A DNA stretch of 64,000 nucleotides from Candidatus Saccharimonadota bacterium (GTDB taxonomy: Bacteria > Patescibacteriota > Saccharimonadia > Saccharimonadales > AWTP1-31), in NCBI GenBank assembly GCA_052034955.1, contig JBPOHZ010000008.1:27614-91613 (forward strand). Direction: 5' to 3'. How positions within the stretch are numbered: position 1 is the first letter of the stretch; each line of letters starts with the position of its first letter. The position numbers and the translations under genes were made by a program. The notes beneath the pieces were generated by a model that did no database searches, was not told where the DNA came from, and saw only the letters and a program-made list of their open reading frames with translations. Positions 37,877 to 46,454 of the stretch are shown piece after piece.

Positions 37877-38296
37877 ATGGCTCATCCAGAGTTAGCTACA
37901 AGTATAATTAGTAAATTTGGCGTTCAATCTCAGAGTCTACGATTTCAGAGAGCTTTATTAATAAGTGCCCAAACAGATTTTTATCAGGAGCTAGGGGTTA
38001 GAGTTAGTCCTCGCAATGACATGGATAATTACCAAAGATGTCTTTGGTCTGGAAGTATGAAGTACCAGGAAGCTCATTCCGCATCGCACCCACTGGAAGA
38101 TCCTGAATTAGAGCAGTACCGTCGCCTGGCGGTAGTTGCGGCCGCTAGCTTTGAAGTAATCGTAAGACTTGGTGATGTTGGTATAGATACTTCAGTTCTT
38201 CAAACACCCGCAGTATACGCCGAAGTTGCTCCCGAAGTATTCACCAGGGCTCGTTACAATCCTGTAGATTTGGTAAGATTACCTATCGCCGCTTAG
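37877..38296 (+). CDS. Hypothetical protein
   Basis: 139-aa ORF. The ATG immediately follows the uvrA stop (TAAATG). No motif recognised. Confidence 0.4.
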   Translation: MAHPELATSIISKFGVQSQSLRFQRALLISAQTDFYQELGVRVSPRNDMDNYQRCLWSGSMKYQEAHSASHPLEDPELEQYRRLAVVAAASFEVIVRLGDVGIDTSVLQTPAVYAEVAPEVFTRARYNPVDLVRLPIAA

Positions 38297-38946
38297 TCGA
38301 CTTTTTTATTGAGGAAGAGTTTACTGATGTTCGATTTAACGGCATGGAAGATCATGCTGCGAGTTTTTGGGTCTTTAAGCAGGTGAGCACTAGCTAAAGC
38401 GATACTTAGGACCATTACGCCGACAATAACCAACTCTATGTACTTGTCTAGATGTGGGATACGTCCGCCAATAGCATATCCAAGTAGCGACATACCACCA
38501 CCCCAGAGTACTCCTCCGACGATGTTATAAATCAAAAACTTTTCGCGGGGCATTTTGCCGGCACCGGCAACTACAGGCGCAAAGGTCCTAACAATGGGGG
38601 TAAAGCGGGCTAGGATAATTGTTTTTCCGCCGTGATCTTCGTAGAATTTCTCGGATTTTTGTAGATATTCTTGCCGGAAGAGTATCCCATCTTTACGCTT
38701 AAAGATTCTTGGACCGGCCCGGCGTCCAATACTGTACCCAACGTTGTCGCCAATAATGGCCGCCAGAACCACAGACACAATTAACCATAACAAAGAGAAT
38801 TTACCCTGAGAGGCCGCCAGGCCAGCACCAAACAACAATGTATCTCCAGGTAAAAAGAAGCCAATAAGTAAGCCAGATTCGGCAAATATAATGGCAGCGA
38901 TTAGTAAAATTCCACCGGCAGAAATGATTTGTTCGATATCTATCAC
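38293..38946 (-). CDS. DedA-family (SNARE-associated) membrane protein
   Basis: 217 aa. GFFLPGDTLLF and RFTPIVRTFAPVVAG motifs typical of DedA. Confidence 0.85.
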   Translation of the reverse strand: MIDIEQIISAGGILLIAAIIFAESGLLIGFFLPGDTLLFGAGLAASQGKFSLLWLIVSVVLAAIIGDNVGYSIGRRAGPRIFKRKDGILFRQEYLQKSEKFYEDHGGKTIILARFTPIVRTFAPVVAGAGKMPREKFLIYNIVGGVLWGGGMSLLGYAIGGRIPHLDKYIELVIVGVMVLSIALASAHLLKDPKTRSMIFHAVKSNISKLFLNKKVD

Positions 38947-39031
38947 TAATACATTCTACACTAACTGTCGTACCTAACCGTAATCTGTTATAGTAAGAGT
39001 ATTAATTGTTGAACATCAGGAGATTATACAG

Positions 39032-39691
39032 ATGAGCGGACAAGATATTAGTTTAGCTTTAGAAAAAAGAGAAGTAATCCGTAAAGGATTAAACCAATTA
39101 CGTGCAGATGGATTCACTCCAGCAGTTATACATGATCACGGAAAAGAATCTGTCCATGTTATGGCCAAGGCGGGTGAGGCACTTAAAGTATTTAACGTTG
39201 CTGGTAAGCATCATCCAGTTAACTTAACTATCGGTTCACAAAAGTACATGGCCCTAATTAAGGACATCGACTACGAACCACGTAAGCACACTGTTCGCCA
39301 CATTGTCTTTAACGCTATTAAGGCCGACGAAAAGCAGCAAACAGAAGTTCCTGTTCATCTTACTGGTGAAATCCCCGCCGAAAAAGCTGGTTTAATGGTT
39401 ATTCGCCAACTTGACGTTGTCGAAATCGAAGCACTTCCGAAAGACCTTATCGACGAGCTAACAGTAGACGCTAGCCAGTTGGCTGAAATCGGAGACAAAG
39501 TTACTGTTGCCGACATTAAGTTGCCAGCCGGTGTCGAAATGCTTACTGAGCTGGAACACCCTATCGCCGTCATCGAAGAGACTAAGGCTCAAATGTCTGA
39601 AGAAGCCGAAGAAGAAGCTGCCGCCGAAAATGAAGCAAGCGAAGTCCCATCCGACAACGGTGGTGAAGCCGCCGAAGAAACCAAAGAATAA
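39032..39691 (+). CDS. rplY: 50S ribosomal protein L25/general stress protein Ctc
   Basis: 219 aa. N-terminal R.G.N.LR..G.PAV pattern (RKGLNQLRADGFTPAVIH) and an acidic C-terminal tail. AGGAG RBS present. Confidence 0.85.
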   Translation: MSGQDISLALEKREVIRKGLNQLRADGFTPAVIHDHGKESVHVMAKAGEALKVFNVAGKHHPVNLTIGSQKYMALIKDIDYEPRKHTVRHIVFNAIKADEKQQTEVPVHLTGEIPAEKAGLMVIRQLDVVEIEALPKDLIDELTVDASQLAEIGDKVTVADIKLPAGVEMLTELEHPIAVIEETKAQMSEEAEEEAAAENEASEVPSDNGGEAAEETKE

Positions 39692-41524
39692 TTAATCTTT
39701 GTAGCCTTCCGCTTGGTTGGTAAAGAGGGTCTTGTACAGGCCCTCTTTCTTCATAAGTTGAGTGTGGCTACCTTGTTCGATAATCTTTCCTTGCTCGAAG
39801 ACAATAATTCGATCAGCTCTTCTGACTGTACTAAAACGGTGACTAATAATTATGGCTGTCCTATCTTTGTAGTGACTAAAAATATTATTAAAGATCTCAT
39901 ACTCAGCGTTTGCGTCAATTGCTGAGGTAGGCTCATCCAAGATTAGTAGCTTAGCATTCCTATAGAATGCCCTGGCCATTGCTACTCTTTGCCATTGTCC
40001 GCCACTTGGCTCCACACCTTTCTTAAAACTACTATCAAGTACCGTATCCCAACCATGCTTATATTTTTTGATCATATTTGAAATGCTGGCAAAATCTCCA
40101 GCTTTATCTCGGAGTTTTGTATCGACTTTAGTATCGGAACGGCCAACAGTTATATTCTCGCTAATTGATAATGGATACTGATTGAAATCTTGAAATAGTG
40201 TAGCCATTTGGTTGTACCAGCTCTCGATAGCAATATCTTTTAGATCTATACCGTTTATTAGGATTCGGCCAGAGTCTGGTTTGTAGAAGCGCATCAATAG
40301 CTTAATTAATGTACTTTTACCGACGCCATTTTCGCCAACAATAGCGATATGCTCGCCAGATTTGATCTTCATGTTTAAATCATTGAATACAACATGTTCT
40401 TGACCAGGGTACGAAAACGATAGATTCTCAATAATAATTTCCGGAGATCTATTAGATTTAAGTACTATTGGGTTTTTGCTATCGACAATTTCTGGTTTCA
40501 TATCAACTAGACAGAAATAATCATCAGCAAAGAATAATGGTTCTTGCATCCGGGTTAACGTACCAAAGATGGTGTTAAGAGCCCCTCCGACTCTAAACAA
40601 AGCTCCTGTTAAGAAGAAGTACCTGTCTAGCTCAATTGCACCTCGAAGGAGTTTTTTTAGTAGGTAAACTACACCGACTGTTGTCCCTACAGCTTCAAGT
40701 ATTTTAGTTCCTACAAGTGTCGTATCAGTTTCCTTGAACTTCCTTTCCTGCTCGTTATAGAATTCGCTATTCATCTTATTTATTCGTTCTAAGACAAAAC
40801 TTGCCGCCTGGCTACTTCTGAGTTCCATTTGGCCTTTTACTTGTCGTGTAAGTGATTCTAGGCCCCAAAATATATGCCGTTGGTCTCCTTTTTGATCCCA
40901 TACAAACCATACAAGCTTAGCAATTTTTCTTTCAGCCATTAGGCTAGGAAGCAAGAAGATGGCTATTAAGGGTATGATCCACCAAGAAATTTGAGCTACA
41001 ACCACTGTTATGGCTAAGAATCTCAGTAGGCTGTAGATTAAATCGAGATTAGACTCGGATAGATTAGAGATTTGCCAAGTGTACGCGCCTTGTACTTTGT
41101 TTATACGATTCCTTACATCTTCATTATAAAAAGCAGCAATATCTAGTCTGGTGACAGCATCTAAATAGGTGCTAGTAGACCAATGTACAAAACGGAAATA
41201 CATTAATCTTTTGCAATAGTTCATTGCAAAGAAACCTAATGAGATGATAATCCCTGCGATAACATCTATCCAAACCCACTGCCAAATATAGTCGGTCTTT
41301 CCGGTGGAAACAAAATTAGCTAAATATCCAACCAATTTTGATGATGCATATATTGATCCTATTGTTCCACCGATTTCCATGATTGCACCAACGAAAAAGA
41401 ACATAACAATATATGGCCGAAGCTTAAATCCAAGTTTCAGCACTCTTAGGCTAAGCCTGAGGGATTGTTTAAAAGTAAGGCTTCTGTCGTTTTTGTTACT
41501 CATATTATTCCTCGATGAATCCAC
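39692..41524 (-). CDS. ABC transporter, fused permease/ATPase (exporter half-transporter)
   Basis: 610 aa. Six-helix TMD. Walker A GENGVGKST, signature PSGGQWQR, Walker B LLILDEPTS. Confidence 0.9.
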   Translation of the reverse strand: MDSSRNNMSNKNDRSLTFKQSLRLSLRVLKLGFKLRPYIVMFFFVGAIMEIGGTIGSIYASSKLVGYLANFVSTGKTDYIWQWVWIDVIAGIIISLGFFAMNYCKRLMYFRFVHWSTSTYLDAVTRLDIAAFYNEDVRNRINKVQGAYTWQISNLSESNLDLIYSLLRFLAITVVVAQISWWIIPLIAIFLLPSLMAERKIAKLVWFVWDQKGDQRHIFWGLESLTRQVKGQMELRSSQAASFVLERINKMNSEFYNEQERKFKETDTTLVGTKILEAVGTTVGVVYLLKKLLRGAIELDRYFFLTGALFRVGGALNTIFGTLTRMQEPLFFADDYFCLVDMKPEIVDSKNPIVLKSNRSPEIIIENLSFSYPGQEHVVFNDLNMKIKSGEHIAIVGENGVGKSTLIKLLMRFYKPDSGRILINGIDLKDIAIESWYNQMATLFQDFNQYPLSISENITVGRSDTKVDTKLRDKAGDFASISNMIKKYKHGWDTVLDSSFKKGVEPSGGQWQRVAMARAFYRNAKLLILDEPTSAIDANAEYEIFNNIFSHYKDRTAIIISHRFSTVRRADRIIVFEQGKIIEQGSHTQLMKKEGLYKTLFTNQAEGYKD

Positions 41525-43265
41525 CGGACTGATGGGCCCAGAGCTCTGCGTAAGTACCTTTGAGCTTTAAGAGTTCATGGTGACTTCCTTGCTCAGTAAT
41601 CTTGCCGTTGTCCAAGACAATTATCCGATCCATTTTCTGGATTGTACTAAGTCGGTGAGCGATAACGATGGCTGTCCGTCCTTCCATGAGCTTCCAGAGT
41701 GCTCTTTGGATTAGAACTTCACTTTCTGAATCTAGGGCACTGGTTGCTTCGTCAAGGACCAGTATGGGAGCATCTTTAATCATAGCCCTGGCAATAGCTA
41801 CCCTCTGTCGCTGTCCACCAGAAAGTTTTACGCCACGTTCTCCAACAAGCGTATCGTAGCCATATTTTAGATCTTTTATGAAGTCATCGGCGTGAGCAAG
41901 TTTGGCGGCCTGAATTATTTCTTTACGAGTGGCTTCCGGACGACCGTAGCTTATGTTTTCGGCGATTGTTCGGTGAAACAATAAAGGTTCCTGAGACACA
42001 TAGGCAATGGACTTACGTAAACTTTGTTGAGTAACTTCGGCAATGTTTTGCTTATCAATCAGTATCTCCCCACCTTGCAGGTCAGACATCCTAAGAATCA
42101 ATTTAGTGATTGTCGTTTTGCCGCCACCGCTATGACCCACCAATCCAATTTTTTCGCCTGGTTTAATAGACAGTGACAAATCATTGAAAAGTGCTTTGCG
42201 TCCTTGGTTCTCTGGGTATCTGAAGACAACGTTATTAAAGTCGATGGCACCGTCTTTTGTGATCAAATCACGAGCTTCCACTTTGTCTAAAATCGTTGGT
42301 TTGTCTTCCATGATCTCGACCATTGGACTGGCGTCAATAACTGAGCTTTCTAAGTTCATGATGATGCCACTGATTTCGAACATTTTGTTAGTTAAGTTAA
42401 TGCTAAATATGAAAGAGAATATACCTGCAGCTAGTACACTAGGATCTTGCTTGACCATTAGTACCACAAGTATCATAAACAAGGCTTGCATGATTAAAAT
42501 CGCCGATATTCTGTTGTTCCCGTTATAGCTGGTTGCCTTCCAATCGCTTAATCTTTTTTGAGTTAGTATTTCGCTCAGATTGGCGTTTTGTTTTAACTCC
42601 TCAGTTTCTTGTGCAAAGGTTTTTACGTTAAGGTTGTTCCCGATAACATCAGCGAAGTAGCCATGTAGATTTCTTTGGGTTTCATGCCTGGCTTCTCTGA
42701 GTGGTTTTCTTTTTCTGCTAGATCTAAAGGCGCCAAGAATAACAACAATTGTCATCACTAGTAGACCACCAGCAAGGGCCGGTGAGTTGATGGCTACAAT
42801 TACAATTCCGGCCAGTATGTTAGTTAAGAAAGGCAGGGTGTTTATAGCGATCAGGTCCTGAAATCTTATAAATGCCGAAGCAAGCGATATACCATCGGCA
42901 ACTATCTTTCCGGTCATCCGATTGGCATAGAAGTCGCTGCTTTTTTCTAGTAGTCGTTTCATCATGTCTTTTTGAATACGATCCAGAGTTGTAGCTTGGC
43001 TAGTCAGTAGATTTAAAAAACCAATTCGGTTAGTTATGGTTCCGGCAATTGCAAACACCCCAAACATAAACATTGATGTTTGCCAATTTGCCTCGGCGCC
43101 ATTACGGGATAGCTCGGCGAGCAAATGGCTAACTATGTAAGGCAATACCGACCCAATGAACAAAGAGCTCAGGGGAATCATGGATATGCTGATCCAGAGT
43201 TTCTTATTCTTGAAGCTCTCGAGGTACATAAACTTTAGTACTTTTTTAGTGTTTACTTCTTTCAT
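41505..43265 (-). CDS. ABC transporter, fused permease/ATPase (exporter half-transporter, partner of 39692..41524)
   Basis: 586 aa. Walker A GHSGGGKTT, signature LSGGQRQR, Walker B ILVLDEATS. AGGAGG RBS. Overlaps the downstream partner by 20 nt. Confidence 0.9.
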   Translation of the reverse strand: MKEVNTKKVLKFMYLESFKNKKLWISISMIPLSSLFIGSVLPYIVSHLLAELSRNGAEANWQTSMFMFGVFAIAGTITNRIGFLNLLTSQATTLDRIQKDMMKRLLEKSSDFYANRMTGKIVADGISLASAFIRFQDLIAINTLPFLTNILAGIVIVAINSPALAGGLLVMTIVVILGAFRSSRKRKPLREARHETQRNLHGYFADVIGNNLNVKTFAQETEELKQNANLSEILTQKRLSDWKATSYNGNNRISAILIMQALFMILVVLMVKQDPSVLAAGIFSFIFSINLTNKMFEISGIIMNLESSVIDASPMVEIMEDKPTILDKVEARDLITKDGAIDFNNVVFRYPENQGRKALFNDLSLSIKPGEKIGLVGHSGGGKTTITKLILRMSDLQGGEILIDKQNIAEVTQQSLRKSIAYVSQEPLLFHRTIAENISYGRPEATRKEIIQAAKLAHADDFIKDLKYGYDTLVGERGVKLSGGQRQRVAIARAMIKDAPILVLDEATSALDSESEVLIQRALWKLMEGRTAIVIAHRLSTIQKMDRIIVLDNGKITEQGSHHELLKLKGTYAELWAHQSGGFIEE

Positions 43266-43492
43266 ACTGACAGCCTCCTACTGCAGTTACTATGGATTTA
43301 ATTGTGAATTTTGTTTTAGAGTTTTTTCGAGCGTGGTCGATCTAGCGTGCCACGCAAGGGACGACCAATTGAGATTTTGATGTATAAATGCTGTGCATTT
43401 GTGGCCGTCCTTTCCGTTAATAATGATGCAGATACTGTAACATAAGCGCACCTCTGATGACAAGAAGTTAAAAATATTGTAGAATGTAGCCG

Positions 43493-44386
43493 ATGAATAA
43501 AGTCATTCTCTATTATAAATTTGTTCCAGTTCCTGACCCGGCCATGACTATGCATTGGCAAAAAGAGCTTTGCAATCGTCTTGGCCTAAAAGGACGGGTA
43601 ATTATTAGCAAACACGGTATCAATGGTACGCTTGGTGGCGAAATTGAAAACTTGCGTGAGTATAAGCGCGAGATGAATCGCTCAATTACCTTTAAAGGGA
43701 TCATGTATAAATGGAGTGATGGCCATAAGGAAGGTCAGAAGCCAGACTTTCCGCGCTTAAGCGTTAAGGTCCGTGATGAGCTTGTAGCTTTTGGCGCCCC
43801 GGAAGAAGTCAAAGTTGACGAAAAAGGCGTAATTGGTGGCGGCAAACACCTCAAACCCGAAGCTGTGCATAAGTTGGTAGAAGAGCGTGACGATGTAATA
43901 TTCTTTGACGGACGTAATGCCTATGAGGCGGCAGTGGGTAAGTTCAAGGACGCAATTGTCCCTGATACTCAAACAACCAGAGATTTCCTAGATGAACTAG
44001 AGGGCGATAAGTACGCCGATATCAAAGATAAGCCGGTAGTTACATATTGTACCGGTGGAATTCGCTGCGAAGCACTTAGTGTGCTGATGAAAAATCGTGG
44101 CTTCAAAGAGGTCTACCAAATCGACGGCGGCATTGTGAAGTACGGCGAAAAATACAAAGACGATGGCTTGTGGGAGGGCGCACTTCATATTTTTGACGAC
44201 CGCATGACTCATCGTTTTAGTGATAAATCTAAGGACATTGGCGAGTGTGTCCATTGTGGTGGAAAAACTAGCCGATACATAAACTGTGCAGATGTGTCAT
44301 GCAACAAGCTAGTACTGGTTTGTGATAAATGTGACAAGAAAACGCACTGTAAATTGCACCAAACTGCCGATATTAAGCATATCTAG
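43493..44386 (+). CDS. trhO: Rhodanese-domain tRNA uridine(34) hydroxylase (YceA/TrhO family)
   Basis: 297 aa. The N-terminal YYKF... start typical of YceA, rhodanese active loop YCTGGIRCE, and a C-terminal Cys cluster CVHCG...C..C. Confidence 0.8.
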   Translation: MNKVILYYKFVPVPDPAMTMHWQKELCNRLGLKGRVIISKHGINGTLGGEIENLREYKREMNRSITFKGIMYKWSDGHKEGQKPDFPRLSVKVRDELVAFGAPEEVKVDEKGVIGGGKHLKPEAVHKLVEERDDVIFFDGRNAYEAAVGKFKDAIVPDTQTTRDFLDELEGDKYADIKDKPVVTYCTGGIRCEALSVLMKNRGFKEVYQIDGGIVKYGEKYKDDGLWEGALHIFDDRMTHRFSDKSKDIGECVHCGGKTSRYINCADVSCNKLVLVCDKCDKKTHCKLHQTADIKHI

Positions 44387-44400
44387 CGTAGCAAGCGGTA

Positions 44401-44430
44401 TTGACAACGCTAGTCAATAGGATATAAAAT
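44401..44430 (+). promoter_or_regulatory. Sigma70-like promoter for RNA copy A
   Basis: TTGACA (44401-44406), then a 16-18 nt spacer, then TATAAAAT (44423-44430). Confidence 0.55.
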
Positions 44431-44469
44431 ACTATTACTACTAAGTCTATTTGTTGTGTAGGCATCGAT

Positions 44470-44521
44470 ACCTCGCACTAATCTGGACGCTTGTGAAAGG
44501 TTGAGCCAATAGCGTAACCGG
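44470..44521 (+). promoter_or_regulatory. Candidate cis-regulatory pseudoknot RNA, copy A
   Basis: P1 is ACCUCGCAC/GUGAAAGGU (7 of 9 positions paired). The loop carries GGACGCU (44485-44491), complementary to AGCGU-AA-CC (44511-44519). Confidence 0.6.
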
Positions 44522-44546
44522 ACCTTCAAGTAGACGAAGTGGTGTT

Positions 44547-44579
44547 CCCCGGGCAGAGATGTCCGGGGTTTTTGTTTTG
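44547..44579 (+). terminator. Intrinsic terminator following RNA copy A
   Basis: Stem CCCCGG/CCGGGG with a 10-nt loop, followed by TTTTTGTTTT. Confidence 0.8.
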
Positions 44580-44594
44580 TATAGAACCAGGTAA

Positions 44595-44623
44595 TTGACA
44601 AATAATAAACAAAGTCGTAAAAT
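44595..44623 (+). promoter_or_regulatory. Sigma70-like promoter for RNA copy B and gene 44763
   Basis: TTGACA, a 17-nt spacer, then TAAAAT. Confidence 0.6.
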
Positions 44624-44660
44624 ATGACTAATCAAAGCAATTTGGTTGTCGACTAAGAAG

Positions 44661-44712
44661 CAGTACTCGTATTTGGACGCTTGAGTATTGTGGAGTCACT
44701 AGCGTAACCGGG
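44661..44712 (+). promoter_or_regulatory. Candidate cis-regulatory pseudoknot RNA, copy B
   Basis: P1 is CAGUACUCG/UGAGUAUUG (9 bp, 2 G-U). Loop GGACGCU (44675-44681) is complementary to AGCGU-AA-CC (44701-44709). An RBS-sequestering hairpin lies at 44741-44759. Confidence 0.6.
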
Positions 44713-44762
44713 CAACAAGCTACTCTATTGAGTATCTCGAGCTCTTATAAATAAGGAGCAAT

Positions 44763-46163
44763 ATGAATCACGAAAGATTAGTCGGCAGCTTGCTTGCCGT
44801 AGGAATGCTGGCGTCTACACTTGCGCCACAAGATACAAGTGAATTTCAAGTTATAGCTAAAACCGAAGATGTCACTCAACAAGTAGGTAGTATAGCTTGC
44901 ACTATAAATGAATCGGCTGGACTGCATGGCTATCCAATACCATTTTTAATAGATAGGGCATATGCCCATCCCGACCCAGGTGCATTAGTCAAAAAACCCA
45001 GTGAAGAAGTCGAAGATTATGTAACGGCTGAAGAATTGATTTCCGATTTAGATTATCGTCTTCCATTTCCTTTAAAGTCTTCTGAGATAAGTGATACTCC
45101 AAGTCATATGTATCGAGAAAACATTAAAAACGTAGTAGCTGATCTCGCCAGGGATCTAGAAGGCCTGCCTTTATCGTTTATAGAAAGAGGATTTATACAG
45201 GGAATTGCCTTTCGAACAGAGTTAAGAGATGAAAATGACGAAGTTGTTTCATCATTATTTGGTGATGATGGAATACTAAGACTCAATATGACATTGCCAA
45301 GCGATAAATACGGCGAAATGTATTTCGGACCAAAAGCAATGTGGCAAGGAATTTTAAAAGAAGCGGGTCTAGCTGATTGCGATGAGTATAAACGACTTAT
45401 GGAACTAGACACAGAGTTTATGACATTTGGTGGTGACGCCTCTCGTTATGTCGATCGAGTTCTTCCACACAAGGATGTTCGAGATGTTGCTCTTGATATG
45501 CTTCGAATGGGTGCCGGATTCGATGAAGCATGGGACTACTTTGAAGAGCATACCCAGCTGGTATTGCTTGATAATTCCGAAAACTTAGATAGTACTGCAG
45601 ATAAGAATTTTAGAAAGGTACTATCTATTGTTAATGGCATCGATCCAAAACTCAGTCGACAGTTACTAGGCGCTGCTATGCAAAATGGAGATGATAGAAA
45701 AATAGATACACTTCGTGAGACTGAAAAACTTTGGCGTCGTTGGGCTAGCGAAAGGGCACTTCGACAATACCTTGGATATGATAAGCCGGAGATTGATGAT
45801 ATGGAACCTATCTATCCAGCATCCAGAGCAATTGATTCGGATGGTGAGTTAGATTTGCCATACATTGATGTACCAGTTGGGGAGTATACCGTTGGAGTCA
45901 GATTCGACCATCAACGAGAACGTTTATACTCGATTGTAAGCGGCGTTGGTGTCGGAGAATGGGGAACTATCGAACAAAATATAGCTAGCCGTGAATTTGA
46001 TGAACTATATGTTCGGGCTGCATTTTCACAGATACTCGGAGTAGCCCCAGAAGAACTTGTGCTTGAAGAATTTGTTTCGACTAGAGAAGACGGATATAGT
46101 GATCGAGCTATAGCAGTTGATGCAACTGATTGGGAAGGTTTTAGCAAGATTGTCGAGAAATAA
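44763..46163 (+). CDS. Hypothetical secreted protein
   Basis: 466-aa ORF with AAGGAG 6 nt upstream and an N-terminal signal-like LVGSLLAVGMLASTLAP. No known motif recognised. Confidence 0.65.
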   Translation: MNHERLVGSLLAVGMLASTLAPQDTSEFQVIAKTEDVTQQVGSIACTINESAGLHGYPIPFLIDRAYAHPDPGALVKKPSEEVEDYVTAEELISDLDYRLPFPLKSSEISDTPSHMYRENIKNVVADLARDLEGLPLSFIERGFIQGIAFRTELRDENDEVVSSLFGDDGILRLNMTLPSDKYGEMYFGPKAMWQGILKEAGLADCDEYKRLMELDTEFMTFGGDASRYVDRVLPHKDVRDVALDMLRMGAGFDEAWDYFEEHTQLVLLDNSENLDSTADKNFRKVLSIVNGIDPKLSRQLLGAAMQNGDDRKIDTLRETEKLWRRWASERALRQYLGYDKPEIDDMEPIYPASRAIDSDGELDLPYIDVPVGEYTVGVRFDHQRERLYSIVSGVGVGEWGTIEQNIASREFDELYVRAAFSQILGVAPEELVLEEFVSTREDGYSDRAIAVDATDWEGFSKIVEK

Positions 46164-46274
46164 CACAACACTTTCTATCTAATAAGTATATATTTTAGAT
46201 AACTTTGTTGACAAATATCAAACTTACGTAGTACGCTTAAATCAATCAAAGCAATTTGGTTGTAGACAATGAAA

Positions 46275-46326
46275 CAATACTCGTATTTGGACGCTTGAGT
46301 ATTGCGGAGTCAGTAGCGTAACCGGG
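46275..46326 (+). promoter_or_regulatory. Candidate cis-regulatory pseudoknot RNA, copy C
   Basis: P1 is CAAUACUCG/UGAGUAUUG. The G-to-A change relative to copy B converts a G-U pair into A-U. GGACGCU is complementary to AGCGU-AA-CC. TTGACA lies at 46208-46213. Confidence 0.6.
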
Positions 46327-46352
46327 CAACGAAAAACTAATCTCATATAAGA

Positions 46353-46389
46353 GCGGTTTGGCCCATACGCCAAGCCGCTTTTGATTTTT
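46353..46389 (+). terminator. Intrinsic terminator following RNA copy C
   Basis: Stem GCGGTTTGGC/GCCAAGCCGC (one G-U), loop CCATAC, then TTTTGATTTTT. Confidence 0.75.
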
Positions 46390-46454
46390 ATAAACAAGCT
46401 AGAAACCTTGGTGAGGGGTGTTTTCTGCTGCCTAAAAACTGGAAGGCTTTGAAA

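Noticed and set aside
43316-43561. Minus-strand ORF of 81 aa in the ABC/trhO intergenic region
   Set aside because: It overlaps the trhO start and promoter region, and has no RBS or recognisable motif. The region is better explained as divergent promoters. The GCGTGG/CCACGC hairpin at about 43331-43355 has no downstream U-tract on either strand, so I did not call it a terminator.
44410-44635. Minus-strand ORFs 44410..44601 and 44447..44635
   Set aside because: They span promoters, the RNA motif copy A and an intrinsic terminator. The covariation pattern fits RNA structure on the + strand, not coding.
44470-44712. Assignment of the four-copy RNA motif to TPP, yybP-ykoY (Mn2+), glutamine, guanidine-III or preQ1 classes
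   Set aside because: Only fragmentary resemblances exist (AUCUGGA..GC, GGAGUA.GUAGCG, GGACG). The defining conserved cores of those classes, as I recall them, are absent. The motif is left unclassified pending an Rfam search.
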